A stretch of 49,996 nucleotides of DNA, taken from positions 1 through 49,996 of the forward strand of contig CAAFFL010000172.1 in assembly GCA_900762125.1 (NCBI GenBank), given 5' to 3'. Under the pieces are notes generated by a model. The model ran no database searches. It was given only the letters and a program-made list of their open reading frames with translations, and was not told the DNA's origin. The stretch comes from an uncultured Prevotella sp. GTDB taxonomy: Bacteria > Bacteroidota > Bacteroidia > Bacteroidales > Bacteroidaceae. A program made the position numbers and the translations under genes. Of this stretch, positions 1 to 9,286 are shown one piece after another (within the stretch, counting starts at the first letter, position 1; every line of letters starts with the position of its first letter).

Positions 1-35
1 AGGGGAGGGATTACAGAGATAAACAATTCTTTGAG

Positions 36-629
36 ATGGAATTCTTGACAGAGCATTGGCTCGACATTGTGACGACCGTTCTCGGCCTGATCTATATCTA
101 CCTCGAATACAAGGCAAGCATCGCCCTGTGGCTCGTGGGCATCATCATGCCGGCGATGGACATCGTGCTCTACTGGCAGCACGGGCTCTACGGCGACGCG
201 GGCATGGCCATCTACTACACCGTGGCCGCCATCTATGGCTACGCCGTGTGGAAGTTTGGACGGAAGCATGGACAGCAGGAAAAGGAAGAGATGCCCATCA
301 CGCACTTCAAGCGGGGCCTCATCCTACCCACCACGGTGGTGTTCTTCGTCCTATGGGGCGCCACGTGGTACGTCCTCTCCCACTACACCAACTCCACCGT
401 GCCCGTCATGGACGCGTTCACTAATGCCCTGAGCTTCGTAGGCTTGTGGGCACTGGCACGGAAGTATGTCGAGCAGTGGGTGTTCTGGATCATCGTCGAT
501 GCCGTGTGCTGTTATCTCTATGTCACGAAGGGCATCCCGTTCAAGGCAGGACTCTATGGCCTCTACGTCATCATCGCCGTGATGGGATACCGCAAGTGGC
601 TCTCTCAAATACCAAAAGCCCATGGATAA
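36..629 (+). CDS. pnuC: PnuC-family vitamin transporter, probably thiamine-specific (PnuT-like)
   Basis: 197 aa multi-TM protein with PnuC motifs (DAFTNALS, ARKYVEQWVFWIIVD); overlaps a thiamine pyrophosphokinase gene. Confidence 0.88.
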   Translation: MEFLTEHWLDIVTTVLGLIYIYLEYKASIALWLVGIIMPAMDIVLYWQHGLYGDAGMAIYYTVAAIYGYAVWKFGRKHGQQEKEEMPITHFKRGLILPTTVVFFVLWGATWYVLSHYTNSTVPVMDAFTNALSFVGLWALARKYVEQWVFWIIVDAVCCYLYVTKGIPFKAGLYGLYVIIAVMGYRKWLSQIPKAHG

Positions 630-1248
630 AACTGCTGTCATCTTAGCCGCCGGCTCCTTCCCTACAAACAAAATTCCGCTTTCCATCTTGAAGGAAGCGG
701 AATTCCTCTGTTGCTGCGATGGTGCGGCACAGGAGCTCATCCGTAGCGGACTGTGCTTGCCCGATGCCATCGTCGGTGACGGCGACTCTCTACCCGAGGC
801 GTTCAAGGAGCAATACAACGACATCCTCCACCTCATCAGCGAACAGGACGACAACGACCTCACGAAGGCCACACGGTTCTGCATCAGCCAAGGCTACACG
901 CGCATCACCTACCTCGGTACGATGGGGCGCCGAGAGGATCATGCCATTGGCAACTTCGCCCTTCTGATGCACTACTTTCGTGACCTCCACATCCATCCGA
1001 CGTTCGTCACCGACTACGGCATCTTCCATGCGTGTCAAGGCCGAGCAACATTCGCAACGACGCCACGCCAGCAGGTGAGCATCTTCAACTATTCCTGCAC
1101 GCGTCTCTCCGGCACAGGCTTCCGCTGGGAACCTTACGCCTTCGAGCATCTCTGGCAGGGAACACTCAACGAAGCGACGTGCGACACCGTCTCCCTCGAT
1201 GGTGACGGAGCCTACACCGTATACATCGCCTACGAGAGAAAGGCATAG
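622..1248 (+). CDS. thiN: Thiamine pyrophosphokinase
   Basis: Motifs CCDGA, VGDGDS, EQDDNDLTKA, GRREDHAIGN. Confidence 0.92.
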   Translation: MDKTAVILAAGSFPTNKIPLSILKEAEFLCCCDGAAQELIRSGLCLPDAIVGDGDSLPEAFKEQYNDILHLISEQDDNDLTKATRFCISQGYTRITYLGTMGRREDHAIGNFALLMHYFRDLHIHPTFVTDYGIFHACQGRATFATTPRQQVSIFNYSCTRLSGTGFRWEPYAFEHLWQGTLNEATCDTVSLDGDGAYTVYIAYERKA

Positions 1249-1278
1249 CCGTATACATCGCCTACGAAAAAAGGCATA
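1217..1278 (+). repeat. Tandem near-duplication of the last ~30 bp of thiN
   Basis: CCGTATACATCGCCTACGAGAGAAAGGCATA (1217-1247) and CCGTATACATCGCCTACGAAAAAAGGCATA (1249-1278). Confidence 0.9.
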
Positions 1279-1283
1279 AAAAA

Positions 1284-1678
1284 GGCGCAGGGGGATTTTT
1301 CCGTGGATAGCTCCCCCACGCGGACTAACCAAATATCGTGAAACAACGGAACATGAAGAAGGACAGGTCACTGACTCCATGTACCTGAGCACGCATGCCC
1401 TTTATCTTTGAGTTGAGCGATTCGGCTGGTGCATTCGTTGACTGTAATCGGTCTATCACAATCTCTGCCTGAGGGAACGCCTTCTTGACAATGCCCATCA
1501 TGCTGTCGGAGAAGTCCATTGCTACCTCAGTGACCTTCTTGCGGCTTTCCTCTGGTATCTTCTCAAGATGCTCCGTCACGTCAGCAACTGTCGTGCCCTT
1601 GACCGCAGCTATGAGCGTCCCCTTCTTGCAGTGCCCGTCCCTGTTGGAAAGGAAGGTGAACAGATCGTGGTGCAGCAT
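1284..1678 (-). mobile_element. ISL3-family transposase remnant (5'-truncated, internal in-frame deletion) with probable right end
   Basis: Translation has ISL3 motifs KKGTLIAAVKGT, VAMDFSDSM and IVIDR joined directly to STNAPAESLNSKIK; GG-starting end GGCGCAGGGGGATTTTTCCG at 1284 next to an A-run. Confidence 0.85.
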
Positions 1679-1688
1679 TGCACATTAC

Positions 1689-1727
1689 AAAAAAAAACGG
1701 CATCTGGTTGCTCTACCAGATACCGTT
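1689..1727 (-). terminator. Intrinsic terminator of the low-GC gene
   Basis: Stem AACGGCATCTGGT/ACCAGATACCGTT followed by a T9 tract on the minus strand. Confidence 0.85.
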
Positions 1728-1734
1728 AAATCCA

Positions 1735-2352
1735 TTACTTCTTATGTTTTACATCGTCCTCTGCTTGTTCAACAAGATTTCCCCCTGTTTCTGCAAAACA
1801 ACTGCAAATGCGCGATGTTTCTGAATATCCTTTGTATAAACTCGATTGACCTTTTACATTCTTAGCACTATACTTGCAAACGACGTCGTTTGTTGCAAGA
1901 TCTATTATCTCAATTTCTGAAGTCAACTTCGAATCGGTCTGTTTGTTGATCAGTATCATTTTAGCAACGTTCAGTTTACCAAAGGACATTTCTTTGATAT
2001 GAACAACTATCTTGTATTTAGCCTTAGATTTGTTGCTAATAATGCGAATAGTCTTACCTTCACTTTCGCAGTTAAATGACTCAATAAAATTAGCCTCTGC
2101 TTTTTTTGCGACCTCTGACCAGTCATTTCTATACTTTTCATCTTTGATATCCAGATAGTCGTCTAAAGAATAGGAATCTTTCTTTTCAACTACCTGAGCA
2201 TCAGAATAATCAAATTCAACATAGGCAAATTTGCCATGCTCAAAAATTACCTCAGGACTTCCTGAGAGAAGAGTGATGCCATCATCACTTTTCTTTGCAT
2301 AACTAGCTGTTACTATAGTTAGTAACAATGAAAATAATAAGAATTTCTTCAT
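1735..2352 (-). CDS. Hypothetical secreted/periplasmic protein, low GC (likely horizontally acquired)
   Basis: ATG at 2352 gives a signal peptide (MKKFLLFSLLLTIVTASYA); AT-rich codons unlike neighbours; has its own promoter and terminator. Confidence 0.8.
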   Translation of the reverse strand: MKKFLLFSLLLTIVTASYAKKSDDGITLLSGSPEVIFEHGKFAYVEFDYSDAQVVEKKDSYSLDDYLDIKDEKYRNDWSEVAKKAEANFIESFNCESEGKTIRIISNKSKAKYKIVVHIKEMSFGKLNVAKMILINKQTDSKLTSEIEIIDLATNDVVCKYSAKNVKGQSSLYKGYSETSRICSCFAETGGNLVEQAEDDVKHKK

Positions 2353-2406
2353 AATAGAAGTTGTCAATCTACTGTTTCCCAGAAGTAGCATTTATTAGAT
2401 GTACGC

Positions 2407-2632
2407 AAAAGGCGTGGGAACTTTAACTTATTATTCACTTAGGCTCTGGACTGCCATGACTAGATAATAAGCAAAGCCCACGCCTAATTGATATAATAGT
2501 CCACCTCACCAAAAGGTGAAGTAGGTATATACCATGACGTGGGCGTTCTTGCCGATTACCTCTAGTCACGCGAATTGTCCAGATTCAAGTGAAGGTAACG
2601 AGCTAAACGCCCTATGCGAGTCCTTCTCGCAC
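2407..2632 (-). ncRNA. Candidate structured 5' leader RNA (two hairpins with mutually complementary loops)
   Basis: Stems AGGCGTGGG/CCCACGCCT (2410-2485) and GGCGTT/AACGCC (2542-2611); loop blocks are reverse complements; lies just downstream of a TAnnTTTG element. Confidence 0.5.
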
Positions 2633-2636
2633 GTTG

Positions 2637-2644
2637 CAAATATA
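2637..2644 (-). promoter_or_regulatory. Bacteroidetes -7 promoter element
   Basis: TATATTTG on the minus strand matches TAnnTTTG. Confidence 0.65.
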
Positions 2645-2856
2645 GCACAAATCGTTCAAACTTGCAAGAACTTTGCTTATTATTTTCGTTTCTTCTGGCA
2701 AAAAAGTAATTTTCTGCTACACTGTTCCCTTAATAATACCAATACTGTCAGTCTCTGCCTATGTCTTTTCCAAGTAGCACTACTAAGAAGTAGCAATACC
2801 TGTAGTCGCTATAAGGAGAAGTCATGCTTTACCCTCTGCACGGTACTAATGTCCAT

Positions 2857-3155
2857 CCTCACGATAGAACGCATACTATCGCTCAGGTCCATGGATACCA
2901 GTTCTACCGCTTCCCGGTCCTCTTGCGGCATCTTTTTCAGGGCTTTGGCGACTGTCTCGGGGGCGGTGCCCTTGACAATAGCAACGATAGCTCCCTTCTT
3001 GCCATGTGCATCCTTGTTATGGAGGATGGTGTACACCTCATGACCGAATTCAGACTCGTCAATGCCGAGCCTCGGGCCGAGGTTCGTGACGATAAGTATT
3101 CCATCATCGACATTCTCTTTCTGAACCCAGGTGGAAAAGTCACTCAGAGTATATG
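2857..3155 (-). pseudogene. Second ISL3-family transposase fragment
   Basis: In-frame extension upstream of ORF 2809-3036 reads LSDFSTWVQKE..NLGPRLGIDES..GHEVYTILHNKDAHGKKGAIVAIVKGT..SMDLSDSM; similarity is lost after SIVR. Confidence 0.85.
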
Positions 3156-3206
3156 TGGTTCAAGACAGAATACATGTAGCCAGTCACCGTGGGATTTGGC
3201 AGTTTC

Positions 3207-3333
3207 GACTTAATTGTGCACCTTTTTGACTTAATTGTGCACCTTTGCACACTGAGATCGTCATCCTGCGGCACGTGCCACGCGCTTCTGGGGCACGTGC
3301 CACGTACTTCAGAGGCACGTGCCGAAGGATGAC
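3207..3333. repeat. Short periodic repeat cluster
   Basis: GACTTAATTGTGCACCTTT twice (3207, 3228); palindrome GGCACGTGCC three times at a 22-bp period (3270, 3292, 3314), bracketed by GTCATCCT/AGGATGAC. Confidence 0.85.
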
Positions 3334-3713
3334 CAGACCACTATCGAACGACAACAATAACCATTAAATCATAGTACTATGGCAATAAGAATCGACATCC
3401 ATTCCATTAAGAATGATGAACAGCAGTCCCGAGGACACGAAGACCGGGAAGCCATAATACTGTAGCAGCTATGTGCCTATAGGCACAAGCCAACATAAAA
3501 CCGGAACCATACCCTACACGAAAGTACAGCCTATGGTTCCGGTTTCTGTATAAGATAAAGTTTCTAGCCGGATGGACATATAGCTGGGAGGCCATTACTG
3601 TGATAAGTTTACCAACGGACTGCTGCGGAAATAATGGAAGGTGTGTATCATCACGCACTGAATAACCAGTTTGCCACGGCAGACGCTGTGGACAGTGTCA
3701 CCCATAGCGATAC

Positions 3714-3806
3714 ATCGCACTGAAACAGGCCTTCAGCGAGAGCCAGTTCTTTGCCCGTACATTCAAGAAGGTAATGGGAATGTCGGCTTCAGAATACAGG
3801 ACGACT
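3714..3806 (+). pseudogene. AraC-family regulator C-terminal HTH remnant
   Basis: Reads IALKQAFSESQFFARTFKKVMGMSASEYR, matching the AraC signature; no intact upstream ORF. Confidence 0.65.
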
Positions 3807-3817
3807 AATTCAACATC

Positions 3818-3853
3818 AAAAATCCCCGGACCTCATTGCTGAGATCCGGGGAT
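3818..3853 (-). terminator. Intrinsic terminator of the nuo operon
   Basis: Stem ATCCCCGGA/TCCGGGGAT with a T-run on the minus strand, just after the nuoN stop. Confidence 0.8.
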
Positions 3854-3876
3854 ATCTTTATGGATATGTGGTAGCG

Positions 3877-5352
3877 TTACATCGTTGCAGCGCTGATCCA
3901 GTTGTAGACGTAGCTGCAGACACCGAAGGCAACGATGCCGAGGGTGCAGACGGCCAGGGCGAGCTTCGTGTTGAAGCAGCTCTTGAACGTCGGCAGCGGC
4001 GTAGCGTTGTGCTTGATGAACATTGCCTTGACGATGAGCAGATAGTAGTAGAGGCTCACGACGGTGTTGACCAAAGCGATGAATATCACGGCATAGTCGA
4101 GCGCACCGATGGTCGTGTCGACGTCAGCACCGTTGGCAGCGGCCATGAAGACGAAGAACTTCGAGAACATACCGGCGAACGGTGGGATACCGCCAAGGGA
4201 GAACAGGGCCAGCGTCATCAGGAATGCCAGGCGCGGATTGGTCTTGTAGAAGCCATTGTAGCTGTCCATCGAGACTGTGCCGCCATTGTGCTCCTCCACT
4301 GCCGAGATGATTGTGAAGACGGCCATGTTGGCCACGACGTAGATCAGGACGTAGTAGCTCAGTGCGGTGAAGCTCTCAGCGTTGGCCCCCACGAGGGCAA
4401 GGACGATGTATCCTGCCTGCGAGATGGAGCTGAACGCCATGAATCGCTTGAGGTCCTTCTGATGGATGGCGAAGAGGTTGGCGATGGTGATGGAGAGCAC
4501 CACGACGATCATCAGCATGTAACGCCAGTAGTCGACCATGCCGGTCTGCTGGCCAAAGACCTTCATCAGAATGGCACAGAGCGCGAAAGCAGCGGCACCC
4601 TTCGAGCAGACGCTCAGGTAGCCGGTGACCGTGGTCGGAGCACCCTGATAGGTGTCAGCCGTCCAGAAGTGGAACGGCACGAGCGAGATCTTGAATGCCA
4701 GGCCACTGAAGAAGAACACCATGCCCATGATGGTCATCGGTGTGGCCTTCATCGTCTGAGCGAGGTCGTCGAAGTAGAGCGTTCCCGTGGCGCCATAGAG
4801 GAAGCTGATGCCATAGAGCATCACGCCCGAGGAGAACGTTGCGGTGAGGATGAACTTTGCACCGGCCTCAGCCGAGTTGTGACGATACTTGTCGAAAGCC
4901 ACGAGGCAGGCCATAGGCACAGAGGCCATCTCAAGGCCGAGGAAGAACAGGAGGAAGTGGTTGGCACTGACCATCATGTTCATACCCATCAGCGTGGCAA
5001 CGAGGAGCTCGTAGAACTCACCCTCCTTGAAGCTCGTGTCAGGGCGCTGCAGCCACTCGCGGGCCTGCACAGCGACGATGAGCGTACCGAAGGCGATGAT
5101 CGACTTGATGACGCCGATGGCCTCGTTGGTGTAGTACATACCTCCGAAGGCGGTCTGCTCGGCCGTCGGGAAGATGTTGATGAGCACCTGCGCCAAGAGC
5201 AGCACGCAGACGAGCGGGTTGAACCACGCACGCACCTTGTGCTCGCCGGAGCGAGGAGCCGTGAAGAGGTCTGCAATGAAGACGATGAGCAGGACAGCCA
5301 TCAGTGTGGCCTCCGGCACCATGTGCAGAAACTGACTATAATCTATATTCAT
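3877..5352 (-). CDS. nuoN: NADH-quinone oxidoreductase subunit N
   Basis: AFKISLVPFHFWTADTYQGAP, LKRFMAFSSISQAG; operon position. Confidence 0.95.
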   Translation of the reverse strand: MNIDYSQFLHMVPEATLMAVLLIVFIADLFTAPRSGEHKVRAWFNPLVCVLLLAQVLINIFPTAEQTAFGGMYYTNEAIGVIKSIIAFGTLIVAVQAREWLQRPDTSFKEGEFYELLVATLMGMNMMVSANHFLLFFLGLEMASVPMACLVAFDKYRHNSAEAGAKFILTATFSSGVMLYGISFLYGATGTLYFDDLAQTMKATPMTIMGMVFFFSGLAFKISLVPFHFWTADTYQGAPTTVTGYLSVCSKGAAAFALCAILMKVFGQQTGMVDYWRYMLMIVVVLSITIANLFAIHQKDLKRFMAFSSISQAGYIVLALVGANAESFTALSYYVLIYVVANMAVFTIISAVEEHNGGTVSMDSYNGFYKTNPRLAFLMTLALFSLGGIPPFAGMFSKFFVFMAAANGADVDTTIGALDYAVIFIALVNTVVSLYYYLLIVKAMFIKHNATPLPTFKSCFNTKLALAVCTLGIVAFGVCSYVYNWISAATM

Positions 5353-5393
5353 AATCTTTTCTTTTTCTTTATTTTATCATTACAAACCATTGA

Positions 5394-6905
5394 TTACATT
5401 CCTGCGATGGGACCAGCCAGAGCGAGATGCTCGAGGATGGGAGCCACGGCGTCGTTGATGATGTTCTGGAAGAAGAGCGGGCAGAGACCCAGACCAGCTA
5501 CACAGAAGATCAGTCCACCAACAGCCAGGCGCTCGTCCCATGAGGCATCGTGGAGCTCATAGAACTTCTGGTCGGGCACACTCTGATAGCAGATCTTGCC
5601 CACCACGCGGAGGATATACACTGCAGTCACCACGATGGATGTACAAGCGATGATGGTGCAGGTCTGACGGAAGAGGTCGTGGTTCTGGAACGAACCCACG
5701 AAGATGTTCATCTCGGCCACGAAGCCTGAGAAGCCCGGCAGACCGAGGTTAGCCAGACCGGCGATGACATAGCCCACAGCGAGGAACGGCACAACCTTCA
5801 TCAAGCCGCCCAGACGACGCACGTCACGGGTGCCGGTGCGGTGATAGATCATACCGATGACGGCGAAGAAGAGAGCGGTCATCAGTCCGTGGGAGAGCAT
5901 CTGCAGGATGGCACCGGTGCAAGCGGTCTTGGTCATCATCAGAAGGGCGAAGAGCACCATACCGCAGTGGCTGACCGATGAGTAAGCATTGATGTACTTC
6001 AGGTCGGTCTGCACGCAGGCAGAGAGTGCACCATAGACCACGGAAATGGTGGTCAGCACGAGGAAGATGCCCGAGAGCTCATGAGCGGCAGCAGGAAGCA
6101 GATACATAGCGATGCGGAAGCAGCCATAACCACCGAGCTTCATCAGCACACCGGCGTGGAGCATGGACACAGCGGTAGGCGCCGAAGCGTGACCGTCGGG
6201 CGACCATGTGTGGAAGGGGAACAGGGCACCAAGGATACCGAAACCGATGAAGATGAACGGGAAGAACACCTTCTGGATCGATACGGGGATGTTGTTCATC
6301 TTCGCAATCTCCTCCACGCTCATCGTGGTGTGGCCGGAGAAGTAATAGATGCCGAGGATGCCGATGATGAGCAGTGCGGAACCACCCATGAGCATCAGCG
6401 TCAGCTTCATAGCCGAGTACTCCTTAGGACCAGTACCCCATACGCCGATGAGGAGGTACATAGGAATGAGGGCTACCTCATAGAACATGAACATCGTGAA
6501 GAGGTCCTCAGTGATGAAGAAGCCGAACACACCACTCGACAGGAGCGTGAACCACAGGAAGTACTCCTTCTGCTGCGGGTGCTGCTGCCACGAGGCAAAC
6601 GTGCCGGTGAAGACGATGATGGCGCTCAGGAGGATCATCACCACGGAGATGCCATCCACGCCTGTTCTATAATGGATATGAAGCGGTTCGAACCAAGGAA
6701 TGTCGCAGCCAAACAGGAACATCTGCTGGTCGGCACTGATGGTCTGCCGTGCCTGGAGGAACGCATAGACGAGGTAGATGGACAGCAGCACCAGCACCGT
6801 GGAGCCTACCGCCATGACCATGCGCACCTGCTTGTCGTTGCGGGCCAACCAAAGGCCAAGCAACATCACGACAGGAATGACGACGAATAATGTTAGAAAT
6901 GTCAT
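5394..6905 (-). CDS. nuoM: NADH-quinone oxidoreductase subunit M
   Basis: FPFHTWSPDGHASAPTAVSMLHAGVLMKLGGYG; operon position. Confidence 0.95.
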   Translation of the reverse strand: MTFLTLFVVIPVVMLLGLWLARNDKQVRMVMAVGSTVLVLLSIYLVYAFLQARQTISADQQMFLFGCDIPWFEPLHIHYRTGVDGISVVMILLSAIIVFTGTFASWQQHPQQKEYFLWFTLLSSGVFGFFITEDLFTMFMFYEVALIPMYLLIGVWGTGPKEYSAMKLTLMLMGGSALLIIGILGIYYFSGHTTMSVEEIAKMNNIPVSIQKVFFPFIFIGFGILGALFPFHTWSPDGHASAPTAVSMLHAGVLMKLGGYGCFRIAMYLLPAAAHELSGIFLVLTTISVVYGALSACVQTDLKYINAYSSVSHCGMVLFALLMMTKTACTGAILQMLSHGLMTALFFAVIGMIYHRTGTRDVRRLGGLMKVVPFLAVGYVIAGLANLGLPGFSGFVAEMNIFVGSFQNHDLFRQTCTIIACTSIVVTAVYILRVVGKICYQSVPDQKFYELHDASWDERLAVGGLIFCVAGLGLCPLFFQNIINDAVAPILEHLALAGPIAGM

Positions 6906-6938
6906 TGTCTTTATCTTATTCTTTGTTTTACAATGTTG

Positions 6939-8972
6939 TTAGCCTAAGATGCAAAGCAGGATCAACGTCAGTGCCACACTGCCCGAGAGGAACCACACGG
7001 CATACTGGCGCACATCGCCACTCTGCCACGGACGGATGGTCTCACCAGCCTCCTGGGTGCCCCAAGCGGCAAAGTTGAACATGCCATCGATGACATGACG
7101 GTCGAACCATGCAATAGGAATGGAGAAGCAGCCGAACACGATCTTGTGGGTGAAGAACTGCCAGGCGTCATCAATGTAGAAGCGGTTGAGCGCAGCCTTG
7201 TGAAGCTTAGGCATTGCTGCAGCAAGCTTATCAGGCACAGGATTGTGCTTCGGCATATACATCCATGTAGCCAGGCCGATGCCGATGGCAGCAGCGCAGA
7301 TAGATGGAATGGCGACAGCCCAGTTGATGTGGATATCCATCGACAGACCGTTGGCCGAGACGAGGTGACCGAAAGGAATGAAACCTGCGAACACCGAGAT
7401 GATCGACAGGAACACCAGCGGGCCCCACATCACGAACGGCACCTCAGCGGGCTTGCGACGATGCTCAGGATCGAGCTCGTAGTAGCTCTGGCCCCAGAAG
7501 ATGACGTAGTAGAGACGGAACATATAGAACGCAGTCATACCGGCCACAACGGTCAGCAACCACTTCAGGGCGACACCCTGCCAACCCGGCAGCAATGCGC
7601 AGGCGTCGATGATGGCATCCTTGGAGAAGAAGCCTGAGAAGCCTGGCACACCGGAGATGGCCAGACAGCCAATGAGGAAGCAGATGTTCGTCACAGGCAT
7701 GTACTTGTGCAGGCCACCCATATAGTCCTTGAAGTTCGAGCCGATGATCACGATGATGGCACCAGAGCAAAGGAAGAGGTTGGCCTTGAACATGGCGTGG
7801 GTGAAGAGGTGGAACATGGAAGCGGTATAGCCCAGACCACCAATCTCGTTGAACTCGCCCTCGTGGAACTCATACTGTGAAGCGTAGCACACGCCGAGAG
7901 CAACAATCATGTAAGCAATCTGAGAAATCGTAGAGAAGGCCAGACCACGCTTGATGTCGCGCTGGCAGCAAGCCACTGCGGCAGCATAGAATGCCGTGAA
8001 GGCTGCGATCCAGGCAATGATGTGCAAGGTATTGGAGCCGCCAAACTGGATGTAGATAGGCATCAGGGCAGCAATCTGATAGACACCGGCGACGACCATC
8101 GTAGCAGCGTGGATCAAAGCAGACACAGGCGTAGGACCCTCCATGGCATCCGGCAGCCAGATGTGGAGCGGGAACATAGCCGACTTACCAGCACCACCAA
8201 TGAACATCAGGAACAGCGCGGTAGGAATCACCCATGCCAGCGTGGAGCCCGGTGCAACGAGCTGAGCCAGACGGCCAGCAACCTCGGGGTTGGTGTTGAG
8301 GTCGTAGTTGAACGTTCCGACATAGTAGCTGAAGATCAGGATACCGATGAGGAAGAACAGGTCGGCGAAACGCGTCACGATGAAGGCTTTCTTCGAAGCG
8401 TGCACGGCGGCGTGCTTCGGATAGTAGAAGCCGATGAGCAGATAGGAGCAGACGCCCACGAGCTCCCAGAACATGTACATCTGGAAGATGTTCGTGGCGA
8501 CAACCAGTCCGAGCATCGACATCGTGAACAGCGAGAGGAAGGCGTAGAAGCGCTGGAAGCCCTTCTCGTAGCCCTCGGCCTTATAGTTCTCGTCGCGCTC
8601 AGCCATATAGCCGAAGCTATAGATGTGGACCATGAAGCTCACGGTGGTGATGACGACGAGCATCATCACGCTGATCGGCGTGAGGCGGAAACCGAGATTG
8701 AAGAGCAGCTGCGTGCCCGTGAGGCTTGCGGTGCCCATGTTCAGCCACGTGAAGTTGAACGCCGTCACCGTGGGATAGAGGCCATCAGCGCCACGGCCGA
8801 TGCCAAAGAAATACTGGTAAGCGGTGTAGAGGCACAGGGCCCATACCACACCCAGCACAGCCGTACCAATGAGTCCAGCTACAGGCTTCTTCATCTTCAT
8901 GCCGAGCAGGCCGAGCAACAGGAAGCTCAGGAAGGGAAGAAGCAGTATTAAGAATGAATAACTGTATTCCAT
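6939..8972 (-). CDS. nuoL: NADH-quinone oxidoreductase subunit L
   Basis: GKSAMFPLHIWLPDAMEGPTPVSALIHAATMV. Confidence 0.96.
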   Translation of the reverse strand: MEYSYSFLILLLPFLSFLLLGLLGMKMKKPVAGLIGTAVLGVVWALCLYTAYQYFFGIGRGADGLYPTVTAFNFTWLNMGTASLTGTQLLFNLGFRLTPISVMMLVVITTVSFMVHIYSFGYMAERDENYKAEGYEKGFQRFYAFLSLFTMSMLGLVVATNIFQMYMFWELVGVCSYLLIGFYYPKHAAVHASKKAFIVTRFADLFFLIGILIFSYYVGTFNYDLNTNPEVAGRLAQLVAPGSTLAWVIPTALFLMFIGGAGKSAMFPLHIWLPDAMEGPTPVSALIHAATMVVAGVYQIAALMPIYIQFGGSNTLHIIAWIAAFTAFYAAAVACCQRDIKRGLAFSTISQIAYMIVALGVCYASQYEFHEGEFNEIGGLGYTASMFHLFTHAMFKANLFLCSGAIIVIIGSNFKDYMGGLHKYMPVTNICFLIGCLAISGVPGFSGFFSKDAIIDACALLPGWQGVALKWLLTVVAGMTAFYMFRLYYVIFWGQSYYELDPEHRRKPAEVPFVMWGPLVFLSIISVFAGFIPFGHLVSANGLSMDIHINWAVAIPSICAAAIGIGLATWMYMPKHNPVPDKLAAAMPKLHKAALNRFYIDDAWQFFTHKIVFGCFSIPIAWFDRHVIDGMFNFAAWGTQEAGETIRPWQSGDVRQYAVWFLSGSVALTLILLCILG

Positions 8973-8980
8973 TGTATGCT

Positions 8981-9286
8981 TTAGAATTTCATGTTTTCAA
9001 TACTGTTCACCTGGTCACTGTGGTAGTTGCGGTAAACGTTAATAATGATGGCCAGTGCCACAGCCGTCTCGGCAGCACTCACGCCGATGGAGAACAGCGT
9101 GAAGAAGAAACCCTCGAAGTGCTGGGGATAGAGCGTGTTGAACACAGCAAAGTTCATGTCGACAGAGTTCAACACGAGCTCAATGGAGATGAGCATCGCG
9201 ATCAGGTTTCTGCGAGTGACGAAGCCGAACACACCGATGAAGAACAACAGCGTGCTGAGCACTAAGAAATACTGTACGGGAATCAT
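8981..9286 (-). CDS. nuoK: NADH-quinone oxidoreductase subunit K
   Basis: 101 aa, RRNLIAMLISIEL, AAETAVALA. Confidence 0.95.
   Translation of the reverse strand: MIPVQYFLVLSTLLFFIGVFGFVTRRNLIAMLISIELVLNSVDMNFAVFNTLYPQHFEGFFFTLFSIGVSAAETAVALAIIINVYRNYHSDQVNSIENMKF

Noticed and set aside
2534..3213. Plus-strand ORFs 2534-3043 and 2824-3213
   Set aside because: They cross the leader RNA, promoter and antisense strand of the ISL3 fragment, and show no protein-like motifs
3379..3658. Short plus-strand ORF MAIRIDIHSIKN.. (vaguely like an HU-family start) and minus ORF 3407-3658
   Set aside because: Too short or featureless to assign; probably debris in the decayed islet
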